DNA of 32,099 nucleotides, from contig CAYFYE010000015.1 in the NCBI GenBank assembly GCA_964347285.1, forward strand, positions 1 through 32,099, given 5' to 3'. The DNA comes from an uncultured Acidimicrobiia bacterium (GTDB taxonomy: Bacteria > Actinomycetota > Acidimicrobiia > Spongiisociales > JAOTWH01). A program made the translations under genes and the position numbers. This document shows, one piece after another, positions 1-9,655 of the stretch (positions are counted from its first letter, which is position 1; each line of letters begins with the position of its first letter). The notes under the pieces are model-generated. The model worked only from the letters and a program-made list of their open reading frames with translations, did not search any database and was not told where the DNA came from.

Positions 1-152
1 TCGGCGTCGTCGTCGGCCTCGTCCTCGGCCTCGTCCTCGGCGTCGTCGTCGGCCTCGTCGTCGTCCTCGGCCTCGTCGTCGTCCTCGGCCTCGTCGTCGT
101 CCTCGGCCTCGTCCTCGTCCTCGGCCTCGTCCTCGTCCTCGGCGTCGTCCTC
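1..152 (-). repeat. Imperfect coding tandem repeat, core unit GAGGCCGAGGACGACGAC (EAEDDD)
   Basis: Plus strand is built from tcgtcgtcgtcctcggcc variants; the minus-strand frame encodes only Asp, Glu and Ala. Confidence 0.9.
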
Positions 153-581
153 GACGGTGGTGAGGGTGATCTGGTCGGGGTCCTCACCTTGGTCGTCGTC
201 GATGTTGGCGGAGGCGACGTCGCCATCGTCGCTCAAGCCCTCGGTCTCCACCTCGACTTCGACCTGTCCATCGTCCAACTCGGCCTCGAGATCGACCCGG
301 GTTGTGTCGTTTCGGAACTGGACCTCGATCTGACGGCCGGCCATCTCCTCGATGGTCGGGAACCAGCCGTCGACGGCACGGATGTCTTCGATGTTGAGCA
401 CGCCTCCGGCCGTCGACACATCCACCGATCCCGCTTCTCCGGCGTCGAGGGTGAGCATCTCCTCCGGTTGGGTGGCTTCGAGGGCAGTGCCTTCACCGTT
501 AGGCAGCGCCGCGGTCGCCAAGCCGGCGATCATGACCGCCAGGGCAATCAGGCCCCCGATAGTCGTCATCCGCTCGAGCAT
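1..581 (-). CDS. Secreted or membrane-anchored hypothetical protein with acidic low-complexity region (partial; runs off window start)
   Basis: Translated manually (absent from ORF track because there is no stop in the window): ATG at 581 preceded by GGAGG; MLERMTTIGGLIALAVMIAGLATAA (signal-like) ...GEAGSVDVSTAGGVLNIEDIRAVDGWFPTIEEMAGRQIEVQFRNDTTRVDLEAELDDGQVEVEVE... then a D/E/A-only tract. Confidence 0.85.
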   Translation of the reverse strand, partial: MLERMTTIGGLIALAVMIAGLATAALPNGEGTALEATQPEEMLTLDAGEAGSVDVSTAGGVLNIEDIRAVDGWFPTIEEMAGRQIEVQFRNDTTRVDLEAELDDGQVEVEVETEGLSDDGDVASANIDDDQGEDPDQITLTTVEDDAEDEDEAEDEDEAEDDDEAEDDDEAEDDDEADDDAEDEAEDEADDDA

Positions 582-597
582 GTTCCGGCCTCCAGGG

Positions 598-626
598 TTA
601 TCGACTTTTCAACAGGGTGATCTGAA
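598..626 (-). promoter_or_regulatory. Possible sigma28/WhiG-type promoter
   Basis: Minus strand TCAG-N16-GTCGATAA compared with consensus TAAA-N15/16-GCCGATAA, just upstream of the RBS of the 581 start. Confidence 0.35.
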
Positions 627-674
627 GGGCCCTATGGCCGCCCCAGCACGCCGCTAAGGAGGCGTAAAGGGCGT

Positions 675-2138
675 TCAGCCCTTGATGACGCCGATTGGGC
701 GCAGTCGGGCCACCTTCTCCGAGAGGCCGGCGTTGTGGACCACGTCGACGACGGCGTCGACGTCTTTGTACGCCGAGGGCTGCTCCTCGGCCAGTCCCTT
801 CCACCCCCGGGCCTTGGCGACTATGCCCTGGGCGGCCAGCTCGGCCCGAATGTCCCGGCCCTTGGCGTCCTTCACCGAAGCGGTGCGGCTCATGGCCCGT
901 CCGGCTCCGTGGCAGGTCGTACCGAAGGTCTTGGCCATGCTCCCCTCCCGGCCCACCAGGACCCAGCTGGCCCGACCCATGTCACCGGGGATGAGCACCG
1001 GCTGGCCGATATCCCGATAGGCCTCGGGTATGTCGGGGTGGCCGGGCGGGAATGCCCGGGTGGCTCCTTTGCGGTGTACGAGCACCTCCTTGACAACGCC
1101 ATCGATCTGATGCTCTTCGAGCTTGGCGGTGTTGTGGGCCACGTCGTACACCAACTCCATCCCCAGCGCCTCCCAGGGGCGCCCGAACACCTCTTCGAAC
1201 GACTCCCGGGCCTCCCACATCAGCAACTGGCGGTTGCACCAGGCGAAGTTGGCGGCGGCGGCCATACCTCCCAGGTAATGACGACCCTCTTTACTGTCGA
1301 TGGGAGCACAGGCCAGCTGCCAGTCGGGAAGAGCGATCCCGTAGCGCTCGGGGACGCCCCGCAGTCCTTTGAGGGCGTCGTCGCAGACCTGGTATCCGAG
1401 GCCGCGCGATCCGGAGTGAATCATCACGCAAACGCCGTCTCGGGTCAGGCCCATCACCCGGGCGGCGGCCTCGCTGAAGATCTGGTCGACCACCTGGACC
1501 TCGAGGAAGTGATTGCCCGAGCCGAGCGACCCGCATTGGTCGGCCCCTCGCTTGTGGGCCCGTTCGCTCACGTTGGCAGGCGCGGCGCCCGGAAGACACC
1601 CCCCCGCCTCGGTGAACTCGATGTCGGCGCTGGTGGCCAGGCCCTTACCCAAGAGGTAGGCGGGGCCTTCGGCCATGAGGTGGTCGAGCTCGGCGCGGCC
1701 GAAGCGATAGGCGCCGCCCCGGCCCACGCCGAGTGGCACCCGGGCGAACAAGGCGTCCACCAGCTCTTCGATGCGAGGCGCCACGTCATCGACGGTGAGA
1801 TCGGTCCTTATCAGCCGGACTCCGCAGTTGATGTCGTAGCCGACGCCGCCCGGTGAGATGACGCCGCCGGCCGCCGGATCGGTGGCGCATACTCCCCCGA
1901 TGGCAAAGCCGTAACCCCAGTGGATATCGGGCATGGCCAGGCTGGCCATCTGGATTCCGGGCAGAAAGGCCACGTTGGCCACCTGTTCGGCCGCCTGGTC
2001 GCCGATCACGTGTTCGATGAGGGCGTCGCTCGAGTAGATGATCCCGTCGACCCGCATGCCCTCCTTGTATGAACGGGGAATCTTCCAGGTCCATTCATCC
2101 AAACGCTCGAGCGGTCCGGTGTAGGCCTGCTTCGCCAT
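675..2138 (-). CDS. rtcB: RtcB family RNA ligase (3'-phosphate/2',3'-cyclic phosphate to 5'-OH), archaeal/eukaryotic-like long form
   Basis: Motifs MPDIHWGYGFAIG, GYDINCGVR, GSLGSGNHFLE, HSGSRGLG, YDVAHN, HRKGAT, TCHGAGR (guanylylated His), AYKDVD, C-terminal IKG. Confidence 0.97.
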   Translation of the reverse strand: MAKQAYTGPLERLDEWTWKIPRSYKEGMRVDGIIYSSDALIEHVIGDQAAEQVANVAFLPGIQMASLAMPDIHWGYGFAIGGVCATDPAAGGVISPGGVGYDINCGVRLIRTDLTVDDVAPRIEELVDALFARVPLGVGRGGAYRFGRAELDHLMAEGPAYLLGKGLATSADIEFTEAGGCLPGAAPANVSERAHKRGADQCGSLGSGNHFLEVQVVDQIFSEAAARVMGLTRDGVCVMIHSGSRGLGYQVCDDALKGLRGVPERYGIALPDWQLACAPIDSKEGRHYLGGMAAAANFAWCNRQLLMWEARESFEEVFGRPWEALGMELVYDVAHNTAKLEEHQIDGVVKEVLVHRKGATRAFPPGHPDIPEAYRDIGQPVLIPGDMGRASWVLVGREGSMAKTFGTTCHGAGRAMSRTASVKDAKGRDIRAELAAQGIVAKARGWKGLAEEQPSAYKDVDAVVDVVHNAGLSEKVARLRPIGVIKG

Positions 2139-2148
2139 CGTTGCCCCC

Positions 2149-2556
2149 TCAAATATCCACTATGACTTCGGCCAACCAACCGTCGTCGGTCTTTTCCACC
2201 TTGAGGCGGTGGTAGGTGATCGCTTTGACCTCTCGAAGCGGTCGCTGGCGGTTGGGATCGAAGGGCCTGGCCACCGCCGTGGCGTCGAGGCCGTCCTCGG
2301 CCACCTTCACGCCGAAGTCCCCGAGCACCACGTCCTCGGTGTCGAACGTGAACAGCAGCTCGTTCAGCCAGTCGAACATCAGGAAGTCGAGGCGACGCCC
2401 TTCGATGCGAAACGACCTCGGCTCGCCGGTCCCCGTAGGCGGCTCGGCCACGATCACCGAGAACAATGCTCGGCCGGCCGCAGCGAACAGGGTGTCGAGG
2501 TCGGGTGCAACCACCCGCAAACCCAGGTCGGCGGTGTGCCCGAACGTCTCGTACAT
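2149..2556 (-). CDS. Archease
   Basis: N-terminal HTAD, DWLNELLF and C-terminal VKAITYH...IVDI. ATG at 2556 has a GGGAG RBS (preferred over TTG 2568). Ends 10 bp upstream of rtcB. Confidence 0.95.
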   Translation of the reverse strand: MYETFGHTADLGLRVVAPDLDTLFAAAGRALFSVIVAEPPTGTGEPRSFRIEGRRLDFLMFDWLNELLFTFDTEDVVLGDFGVKVAEDGLDATAVARPFDPNRQRPLREVKAITYHRLKVEKTDDGWLAEVIVDI

Positions 2557-2646
2557 GGCTACTCCCAACGATATGCGCCCGGCCGGGGGTGCAAAGGGGC
2601 CAACGGCCTTAACTGGTTAGCCTCGATCGGAATGAAGGGGGCCGAA

Positions 2647-3549
2647 ATGGCAATGATCCTGGTCGGTACCGACGAAGGCTTCCGGGTGTTGGGGGGCTGG
2701 GGCCCGGAGGGGCCATCCGGGCCCACCGTCGATGCGATAGCTCGAGGGGGCGATGCCTGGTGGGCCATCAGGGATGGATCGGCGGTGTGGCACCACTCCG
2801 ACGACGGCTCCAGAGCGATCGTTGCCCTCCTGGAGGAGGATCGGGCCAACTGCCTGCTCCCTACGCAGGCAGGTCTCCTGGTCGGCGCCTCACGAGCCCG
2901 GCTGTATCACCTCCACGACGATACGTTGGAGCCCGTGGAGGGCTTTGACGAGGCTCCGGGTCGAGACGCCTGGCACACTCCGTGGGGCGGCCCGCCCGAT
3001 GTGCGCTCGATGGCGGAGGACCGCAACGGATCGATCTATCTCAATGTCCATGTCGGCGGAATCCTCCGCTCCAGCGATCGGGGCGACACCTGGGAGCCGA
3101 CCATGGACATTGGGACCGACGTCCACGAGGTCTATGCCCATCCGATGACGTCCGGTTTGGTATTGGCGGCGGCTGCGGTAGGCCTGGGGATCTCGACCGA
3201 CGGAGCCGAGCGGTGGACCTTCCACACCGACGGCTTGCACGGCACCTACTGCCGGGCGGTGGCGGTGACCTCCGACATGGTGCTGGTGTCGGCGTCACTC
3301 GGATCGAGGGGAGAACAGGCGGCGGTGTATCGGCGTCCGCTGGATGGCGAAGGGCCGTTCCGCAAGTGCTCGTCCGGTTTGCCGGAGTGGTTCTCCGACA
3401 ATGTCGACACGTTCTGTTTGGCCGGTGTGGGTGAGACGGCCGTGATCGGTGATCGGGCGGGCACCGTGTACCTCTCCGAGGATCAGGGTGAGAGGTGGGA
3501 GGTGGTCGCCGACAAGTTGCCCGGGGTGCGCTGCATCGCCATCGCCTGA
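2647..3549 (+). CDS. BNR/Asp-box (WD40/YVTN-like) beta-propeller protein
   Basis: Asp-box motifs SSDRGDTW, STDGAERW, SEDQGERW. Start at 2647 (AAGGGGG upstream) or 2632; the track's extension to 2209 overlaps archease and is unlikely. Confidence 0.8.
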   Translation: MAMILVGTDEGFRVLGGWGPEGPSGPTVDAIARGGDAWWAIRDGSAVWHHSDDGSRAIVALLEEDRANCLLPTQAGLLVGASRARLYHLHDDTLEPVEGFDEAPGRDAWHTPWGGPPDVRSMAEDRNGSIYLNVHVGGILRSSDRGDTWEPTMDIGTDVHEVYAHPMTSGLVLAAAAVGLGISTDGAERWTFHTDGLHGTYCRAVAVTSDMVLVSASLGSRGEQAAVYRRPLDGEGPFRKCSSGLPEWFSDNVDTFCLAGVGETAVIGDRAGTVYLSEDQGERWEVVADKLPGVRCIAIA

Positions 3550-3577
3550 GCTGGATCGTTACCGACCCGCGGCCTCC

Positions 3578-4066
3578 CTACTGCCGGAGCTGCTCGGCGG
3601 CCGTTCTGAGCTCTTCGGGGGCGACCGAGGCGGCGCGTGCGAAACCGCCCACGTAGCGCGCTTCGTCGACGGCCAGGCGGAACAGGTCGAAGTCGGCCAG
3701 GCCCAGCCGCGGAGCAGCCGCCGGGAATCGGGCAACGTACACCGACCAGGCCTCGTCGAAGCCGCTACTGCCCCGTGCCACGACCTCGCTGGTGCCGTAC
3801 AGGGTTGCCCGAGCCAGCTCCTGGGGATCGCCGCTGCCGGGATCGGGCTCCGTTACGGCCAAAGAGGCCCGGGGGTGGGCCATGAGGTTGCGAGTGTGCT
3901 CGGCGAGCCCGCTCAGGAAGAAGAGCACACCGCTCAGATCCACCTCCGGCGCATAAGCCACCATCGAAGCCGAGGGCCGTCCTTCGCCCATCGTGGCCAG
4001 CGCCGCCCACCGCTGGGACAGCACCAGCCGTGCGATCTCGAGGTTTATGGGTGCGGCAGATACCAC
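3578..4066 (-). CDS. Pyridoxamine 5'-phosphate oxidase-like / HugZ-HutZ family split-barrel protein
   Basis: AALAT...PSASMV...LSGLAEHTRNL..PRASL, DFDLFRL, RYVGGFARA; TAGATT 6 nt upstream of GTG. Confidence 0.85.
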   Translation of the reverse strand: MVSAAPINLEIARLVLSQRWAALATMGEGRPSASMVAYAPEVDLSGVLFFLSGLAEHTRNLMAHPRASLAVTEPDPGSGDPQELARATLYGTSEVVARGSSGFDEAWSVYVARFPAAAPRLGLADFDLFRLAVDEARYVGGFARAASVAPEELRTAAEQLRQ

Positions 4067-4132
4067 CTCCCGAATCTACCGGCCCGGCGCGCCGGGCCCA
4101 GTGCAAGGAGTGGGTCGGGAGCCTCGGTTGGC

Positions 4133-5038
4133 TCAGAGGGCGGTGGGACCCTCGACGTGCAGCGGGTCGGGCAGGAAGGTCCGCACCGTCGGGTAGGCGA
4201 GCTGGATGTTGGGCTCTGCGGCGAACGCTCGCAGGATCGATTTCCAGATCGCCTGCTCCACCGCCCGGCGCCGGCGCGCTTCGACCAGGACCCGTCCCGT
4301 GATCAGCACTCCGCTTTCTTTGACCGTGAGGTAGGTGATCGGCGTGGTGTGGGTATAGCGGATGCGATAGGCGGCCATGCTGCCGCGGATCTCGGTCTGG
4401 GCCCGGGCCGGCTCGAGGTGGGGGGCATGTTCGTCTAGGGCGGCCTGGACGACGGCCTCGGCCCGCTCCCAATCGGACTCGAAGGTGATCAGCACCGGCA
4501 CCTCATGCCAGATGAAGGCGAAGCCCTCCGTGTAGTTGGCAATGGGGCTGGAGAACACGACAAGGTTGGGGATGTGGAGCAACCGTCCCGTGGACTGATC
4601 GGCATCCACCCAGTGGCCCACCTCGAGCATCGAGAAACGGAATGCCCGCAGGTCGACGATATCCCCGATGTGGCCGTTGACCTCGATGCGGTCTCCGATG
4701 CGAAACGGCCGTCGCAACATGATGAACAGCCACCCGGCAAGGTCTTTGAGCGGCTCGGCGAGAGCGATGGCAAGGCCGGCGGAGAGCACGGCGAGGTAGG
4801 TGGTGAAGTTGGTGCCCTCGAACCAGATGAACACCAGCAGTATCGACCCGACGATGAAGACCGTGTAGCTGACGATCTTTCGGGTGCGATACCAGACCGC
4901 CGGTTCGTCGATGCGACGGTGGACGAATGCCAGCACCGCCCAGCGCACGAGAGAAAGCAGCACGACGAGACCACCCGACAAGATGAGGCGGGCCCATCCG
5001 TTGGAGAGGTCGAAGGTGTCCTGCAGCCAGCCGATCAC
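4133..5038 (-). CDS. Small-conductance mechanosensitive channel (MscS family)
   Basis: Three TM helices, GLAIAL, RPFRIGDRIEV, GDIVD, IPN, IANY, LAYPT. Confidence 0.93.
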   Translation of the reverse strand: MIGWLQDTFDLSNGWARLILSGGLVVLLSLVRWAVLAFVHRRIDEPAVWYRTRKIVSYTVFIVGSILLVFIWFEGTNFTTYLAVLSAGLAIALAEPLKDLAGWLFIMLRRPFRIGDRIEVNGHIGDIVDLRAFRFSMLEVGHWVDADQSTGRLLHIPNLVVFSSPIANYTEGFAFIWHEVPVLITFESDWERAEAVVQAALDEHAPHLEPARAQTEIRGSMAAYRIRYTHTTPITYLTVKESGVLITGRVLVEARRRRAVEQAIWKSILRAFAAEPNIQLAYPTVRTFLPDPLHVEGPTAL

Positions 5039-5103
5039 GGCACCTCAGCGTACGCCGTGCACCTCTCCACGCCGGGTAAATCCCGGGGTGGACGCGAGGA
5101 CGG

Positions 5104-7653
5104 CTACTCGTAGGCGATGGCCTCCAAAATGTTCAGCTTGGCCGCCCGCCGGGCCGGGAACACCGACGCGATCAGCCCGGCCACGATGGCCACCACCACC
5201 AGCGTGGCCAGCTGCGCGCCGGGGATCGACAGCGTGGTGACCCCCTGGTTGCCGAGCGCCGACACCACCACCGCTCCGAAGAACGTACCGACGAGGATTC
5301 CGAAGAGCCCCCCGATGACGGCGATGATGATCGACTCCCACAGAACCATCCGGCGCACCTGCCACCGGCTCATGCCCACCGCCCGCAGAAGACCGATTTC
5401 GCGGGTCCGTTCGAAGATCGACAGCACCAGGGTGTTGGTGATGCCCAGCAGGGCGATGATCACGGCCAGGAACAGCAGGCCCTGGAACACATTGAGCAGG
5501 GTGTCGATCTGGGCCTCCTGCTGCTCCCGGAACTCGACCTGGTCGCGCACTTCGGCATTGGGGAATTCGGCGGCGGCCGCTTCGATGACGGCCCGGCCCT
5601 GGTCGACGGGCACCCCTTCGGCCAGCTTGACGCCCACGTAGAAGTCGAGGCGGTATGTGAAGTTCTCCTCGAACGTGGGCATGGCCAGCACGAAGGGTGC
5701 CTGGGTGGCCGACTGGTCGGCGAAGATGCCGACGATCTCGACCTGTTGCACGCCGGTGGCCGTGAAGCCCATCTCGATGACGTCTCCGACGGTCCAGCCC
5801 TCGTGATCGGCCAGATCCTCGAAGACCATCACCCCGCCGCCGCGCAGCGCCTCGATGGTGCCTTGCTGGAGGTCGATGTCGGCGACTGCGTCGAAGGTGT
5901 CGACGTCGATGCCGGCGACGAACTCCTCGGCTCCGTCACGATCGAAGAAGTCGACTCGGACGGGACTGGCCGCCTCGATCTCGGGTGCGGCCTGGAGATT
6001 CTCGGTGAAGGCGGGCGGCAACGTGGGGATGAAGCCGGTGGAGCTGACGATGAAGTCTCCTCTCAGGGCGTCCTCGATGGCTTCGGCGGTGCTGGCCTTG
6101 ATCGAGGCGCCCAGGATGTAGAAGAAGCCGACCAGGGCCAGGCCGATCATCAGCGCCGAAGACGTGGCCGCGGCCCGGCGGGGCCGTCGAGTGGCGTTCT
6201 CCTGTGCCAGCTTCCCGGTGATCTTGCCGAGCCGACGCATCGGCCAACCGATCCAGTTCGCCAGCGGCTTGACGAACAGCGCGCTCAGGATGGAAATGCC
6301 GATGAAGACCACCAGGGCGCCGACGGCGACCGCGGTGAGCTCGTTGATCGGCCCCAGGTCGATCACATCGCCGAAGAGGCCGTTCACGATGAGGGCTACC
6401 CCCACCGCCAGCGTGATGCCGCCGACGGTGGCCCGGCGCCGCAGCGAGCCGGTTGGTTCTATATCGACTTCCTGAAGGGCCGCCATGGGAGTGATGCGGG
6501 CCGCCCGCACGGCCGGCAACAAGGCGGCGGCGATCGTCACCACGATGCCCACGGCCAGCGCCACCACGATGGTGCGGGGCGCCAGGGTCGGAGAGGTGGA
6601 CGGCATGTCGAAACCGGCCACGCTCATCAGCCCGTACAGCCCGTTGGAGGTGAGCAGGCCGAAGCCGATGCCGATGGCCGAGGCCACCACGGCGACGATG
6701 AGAGATTCCAGCAGCACCATTCCCACCACCTGACGGCCGGTAGCTCCGAGGGCGCGCAGCAGTCCCATCTCACGGGTGCGTTGCGCCACCACGATCCGGA
6801 AGGTGTTGGAGATGATGAAGGCTCCGACGAACACGGCGATGCCGGCGAAGACCAAGAGCACCGTCTGAAGGAAGCCCAGGCTGTCTTGGAGCGTCTCGGC
6901 CTGCTGGGCCGCTTCGTCGGCGGCGGTGATCACCTCGAGCGTGTCGGGAAGGGCCTGATCGATCTGGTCGCGCAGGGCGTCGGCGGACGAGCCCTCCTCG
7001 GCGAGCACGTTGATGGAGTGGAATTGGCCGGGGACGTCGAGGACTCGCTGTGCCTCGGACAGCTCGAAGCCGGCGAACGTGGCTCCGGCCAGGTTGTCTG
7101 TTTCGCCGAAGCCGACGATGCCGACGATCTCGAACTCCTCGGTGCCGATGGGGAGGATCACGTCGACCCGGTCACCCACCGCCAGGTCGTTCCCCTTGGC
7201 GGTAGCGGCATCGACGGTGATCTCACCCGGCCCGGGCTCTCGACCTTCTCGGAGCTCGATGTTGCCCCAGAGACGCTCGTCTTCCGACCAGGAGCCCCCC
7301 AGGGTGGGCGGTCCCAGCGGGGCGATCGGCTCTCCTTGTTTGTCGACCAGCTGGGCGAAGCCGGTCACGCTTCCTTCGGCCGCCGCCACTCCCGGGACGT
7401 CGAGCACGTCGGCCAGTACCGCCTCGTCGAAGGGCGGCGGGCCCGAGAAGCCGGCTTCGATCTCGGTCTGAGACTGGACCAGCACGTCGATCCCGGCGAA
7501 GGCGTCCTCGAAGAGGTTGTCGAAGGTCTTGTCGATGGTGTCGGTGAAAATGAAGGTTCCGGCGACGAACCCCACGCCGATCACGATGGCGAGAGCGGTC
7601 AATGCCAGGCGTAGCTTGTGGCCTAGGACCGACTTGAGAGTCGCCTTGACCAT
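5104..7653 (-). CDS. ABC transporter permease, FtsX/MacB-like with duplicated domains
   Basis: Two FtsX-type segments (QRTREMGLLRALGA; ERTREIGLLRAVGM), 849 aa, directly downstream of the ATPase gene. Confidence 0.95.
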   Translation of the reverse strand: MVKATLKSVLGHKLRLALTALAIVIGVGFVAGTFIFTDTIDKTFDNLFEDAFAGIDVLVQSQTEIEAGFSGPPPFDEAVLADVLDVPGVAAAEGSVTGFAQLVDKQGEPIAPLGPPTLGGSWSEDERLWGNIELREGREPGPGEITVDAATAKGNDLAVGDRVDVILPIGTEEFEIVGIVGFGETDNLAGATFAGFELSEAQRVLDVPGQFHSINVLAEEGSSADALRDQIDQALPDTLEVITAADEAAQQAETLQDSLGFLQTVLLVFAGIAVFVGAFIISNTFRIVVAQRTREMGLLRALGATGRQVVGMVLLESLIVAVVASAIGIGFGLLTSNGLYGLMSVAGFDMPSTSPTLAPRTIVVALAVGIVVTIAAALLPAVRAARITPMAALQEVDIEPTGSLRRRATVGGITLAVGVALIVNGLFGDVIDLGPINELTAVAVGALVVFIGISILSALFVKPLANWIGWPMRRLGKITGKLAQENATRRPRRAAATSSALMIGLALVGFFYILGASIKASTAEAIEDALRGDFIVSSTGFIPTLPPAFTENLQAAPEIEAASPVRVDFFDRDGAEEFVAGIDVDTFDAVADIDLQQGTIEALRGGGVMVFEDLADHEGWTVGDVIEMGFTATGVQQVEIVGIFADQSATQAPFVLAMPTFEENFTYRLDFYVGVKLAEGVPVDQGRAVIEAAAAEFPNAEVRDQVEFREQQEAQIDTLLNVFQGLLFLAVIIALLGITNTLVLSIFERTREIGLLRAVGMSRWQVRRMVLWESIIIAVIGGLFGILVGTFFGAVVVSALGNQGVTTLSIPGAQLATLVVVAIVAGLIASVFPARRAAKLNILEAIAYE

Positions 7654-7655
7654 GG

Positions 7656-8405
7656 TCAGCTCTCCAGCTTCTTCATGCGGTCCAAGATGGCTTCCTGGGT
7701 GGGCCCGGTCAGCTCGTCCTCGACCTTTCCGTCTCGCAGGAAGACGACGCGATCGCTGTAGGAGGCTGCGTTGGGGTCGTGAGTCACCATCACGATCGTC
7801 TGGCCGAAGTCGTCGACCGCCGAGCGCATGAACGCCAGCAGCTCGGCTCCTGAGTTGGAGTCGAGGTTGCCGCTCGGCTCATCGGCAAACACGATCTCGG
7901 GTCGGCTCACCAACGCCCGAGCCGCGGCCACCCGCTGCTGCTCTCCACCGGAGAGCTCGGCCGGCCGGTGCCGGAGTCGATCGCTCAGGCCTACGGCATC
8001 CACCACTTGTTCGCGCCACGGGGCCTCCGCCTTCTCTCCGGCGATCGACAGAGGCAGCACGATGTTCTCGGCTGCGCTGAGCGTAGGAATCAGGTTGAAC
8101 GCCTGGAAGACGAAGCCCACCTTGTCCCGGCGCAGCAGCGTGCGCTCTTTCTCGGACAGCGTGGAGAGATCGGTGTCGCCGATGAACACCCGGCCCTCGG
8201 TCAGCTCGTCGAGGCCGGCCATGCAATGCAGCAGCGTCGACTTGCCCGATCCGGAGGGGCCCATGATCGCGGTGAACTGGGCCCGGGCGAAGGAGGCGTT
8301 GACTCCGTCGAGGGCCCGGACTGCGGCCGGGCCACGGCCGAAGATCTTGACGGCGTCTTCGGCCCGGGCCGCGATTGCATCGACTCGATGGGTCCCTGTG
8401 GTCAC
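7656..8405 (-). CDS. ABC transporter ATP-binding protein (LolD/MacB-type)
   Basis: Walker [30 protein letters not shown]; probable GTG start at 8405 overlapping the upstream TGA (GTGA). Confidence 0.95.
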   Translation of the reverse strand: MTTGTHRVDAIAARAEDAVKIFGRGPAAVRALDGVNASFARAQFTAIMGPSGSGKSTLLHCMAGLDELTEGRVFIGDTDLSTLSEKERTLLRRDKVGFVFQAFNLIPTLSAAENIVLPLSIAGEKAEAPWREQVVDAVGLSDRLRHRPAELSGGEQQRVAAARALVSRPEIVFADEPSGNLDSNSGAELLAFMRSAVDDFGQTIVMVTHDPNAASYSDRVVFLRDGKVEDELTGPTQEAILDRMKKLES

Positions 8406-8695
8406 TCGGTGTCCCCTTCCTCCTCTGTCGGTTCTCGCTCGATCGTGATCGTGAAGTCCGCCACCAGCGCAGCCAAGGCCCCGATAGCGGCCCACACCGG
8501 AAGGAGAAGAGCGCCGACCACTCCGATGGTGAGGGGCACCTCGATGAGGGCCTCCCCTTTGTCGTTCTTGATGATGATGCGGCGGACGTTGCCTTCGTGG
8601 ATCAACTCCTTCACCTTGGCCACCAGGTCCTCTCCCTTGACCGCGATGTCCTCGAAGACGCCGACGTCCTGCTCGTTCTCAGCTGGCTCAGCCAT
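8402..8695 (-). CDS. DUF4342 domain protein
   Basis: [17 protein letters not shown]...[31 protein letters not shown] at 8695 with GGGAGG RBS and TAGGAT -10-like box upstream. Confidence 0.88.
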   Translation of the reverse strand: MAEPAENEQDVGVFEDIAVKGEDLVAKVKELIHEGNVRRIIIKNDKGEALIEVPLTIGVVGALLLPVWAAIGALAALVADFTITIEREPTEEEGDTE

Positions 8696-8815
8696 TGGTC
8701 CCTCCCGATCTTCCAGTTTCTTGATCCTAGGGGTGCCGGATGGCACCGACTCGAAGCCCCCGTTTGGTGTCAGTGCTAGCCGGTCGATCGGCGTTCGGCT
8801 AGGGGCTTTCGGTTC

Positions 8816-9655
8816 TCACACCGGGGCTTTGGCCTCTGATCGCCGTCGCCGAGTCCGCTTGGTGCCGGCGGCGCTCTCGGCGCGCGGCTCCCACTTGAAG
8901 TGACGCAGGGCCAGGGCGGCTCCCAAAATGCCCCAGGCCACCATGACGCCGATGTCGTCCCAACGCCAGGCGGCGTCGGTGGTGAACGGGCTGAAGGCGT
9001 CCTGCATGGTGTTGACCCAGTGCTTGAGAGGGAAGATGTTGCCGATGGTCTGGATCCACTCCGGGGCGTTGTCGGTGTTGAGGAACACGTTCGAGACGAA
9101 CGCCAGGGGGAGGATGGTGGCATTGGCGATGGCGGGAGCGCTGTCGCCGGTCGGCGAGAACGCCGCCAGGGCGAGGCCAAGGGCGGCGAAGCAACTCACG
9201 CCCACTCCGAAGGAGATCACCGCCGCCGGCAGCGTTTCCGGGTAGATCTCGAGGTCGTAGAAGACCACCCCGGCCGCCAGCATGATGACCGTGGCGATGA
9301 AGGCGATCCAGATCGCCGAGCCCACCACCCCGGCCATGTAGATCCACGGAGGAAGCGGCGTTCCCCGCACCCGCTTGAGGACGCCTTCGTCCCGGGCGAT
9401 GGAGGTCCGGACCCCGATGTTGGTGTAGGTGGCCGACGCGGCGGCAAACACCGCTAGCGAAGGTGCAAAGAACTGGGTGATCGACACCTCGCCCGGTTCG
9501 GCCTCGAAGTTGAACAGAGTGTTGAAGAGGAAGAGAAACATGAGCGGGAAGACCAGGGTGAAGAAAGCGGCTATCGGCGTCCGCCAGAAAATGCGGTTCT
9601 GGTAACGGATCTGCGTACCCAGCAGCCGGGCATCGGAGGTGCGACCCTCAGCCAC
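8816..9655 (-). CDS. ABC-2 type transporter permease
   Basis: FWRTP..FFTLVFPL, RDEGVLKRVRGTPLP, FPLKH; six TM segments; GTG start at 9655 overlaps the ATPase stop. Confidence 0.92.
   Translation of the reverse strand: MAEGRTSDARLLGTQIRYQNRIFWRTPIAAFFTLVFPLMFLFLFNTLFNFEAEPGEVSITQFFAPSLAVFAAASATYTNIGVRTSIARDEGVLKRVRGTPLPPWIYMAGVVGSAIWIAFIATVIMLAAGVVFYDLEIYPETLPAAVISFGVGVSCFAALGLALAAFSPTGDSAPAIANATILPLAFVSNVFLNTDNAPEWIQTIGNIFPLKHWVNTMQDAFSPFTTDAAWRWDDIGVMVAWGILGAALALRHFKWEPRAESAAGTKRTRRRRSEAKAPV

Noticed and set aside
1..152. Repeat tract as a CRISPR array or non-coding satellite
   Set aside because: No unique spacers; units are multiples of 3 and lie in frame within a coding sequence.
2209..2631. 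Long N-terminal extensions in the ORF track (2209, 8495, 9736, 20055, 21302)
   Set aside because: They overlap neighbouring genes or are low-complexity; downstream starts have better RBS, promoter or coupling support.
5746..7614. Long antisense ORFs (e.g. 5746-7614, 13935-15563, 17800-19551, 19764-21098)
   Set aside because: Typical shadow frames of GC-rich genes, with no recognisable motifs and lying opposite well-supported CDSs.
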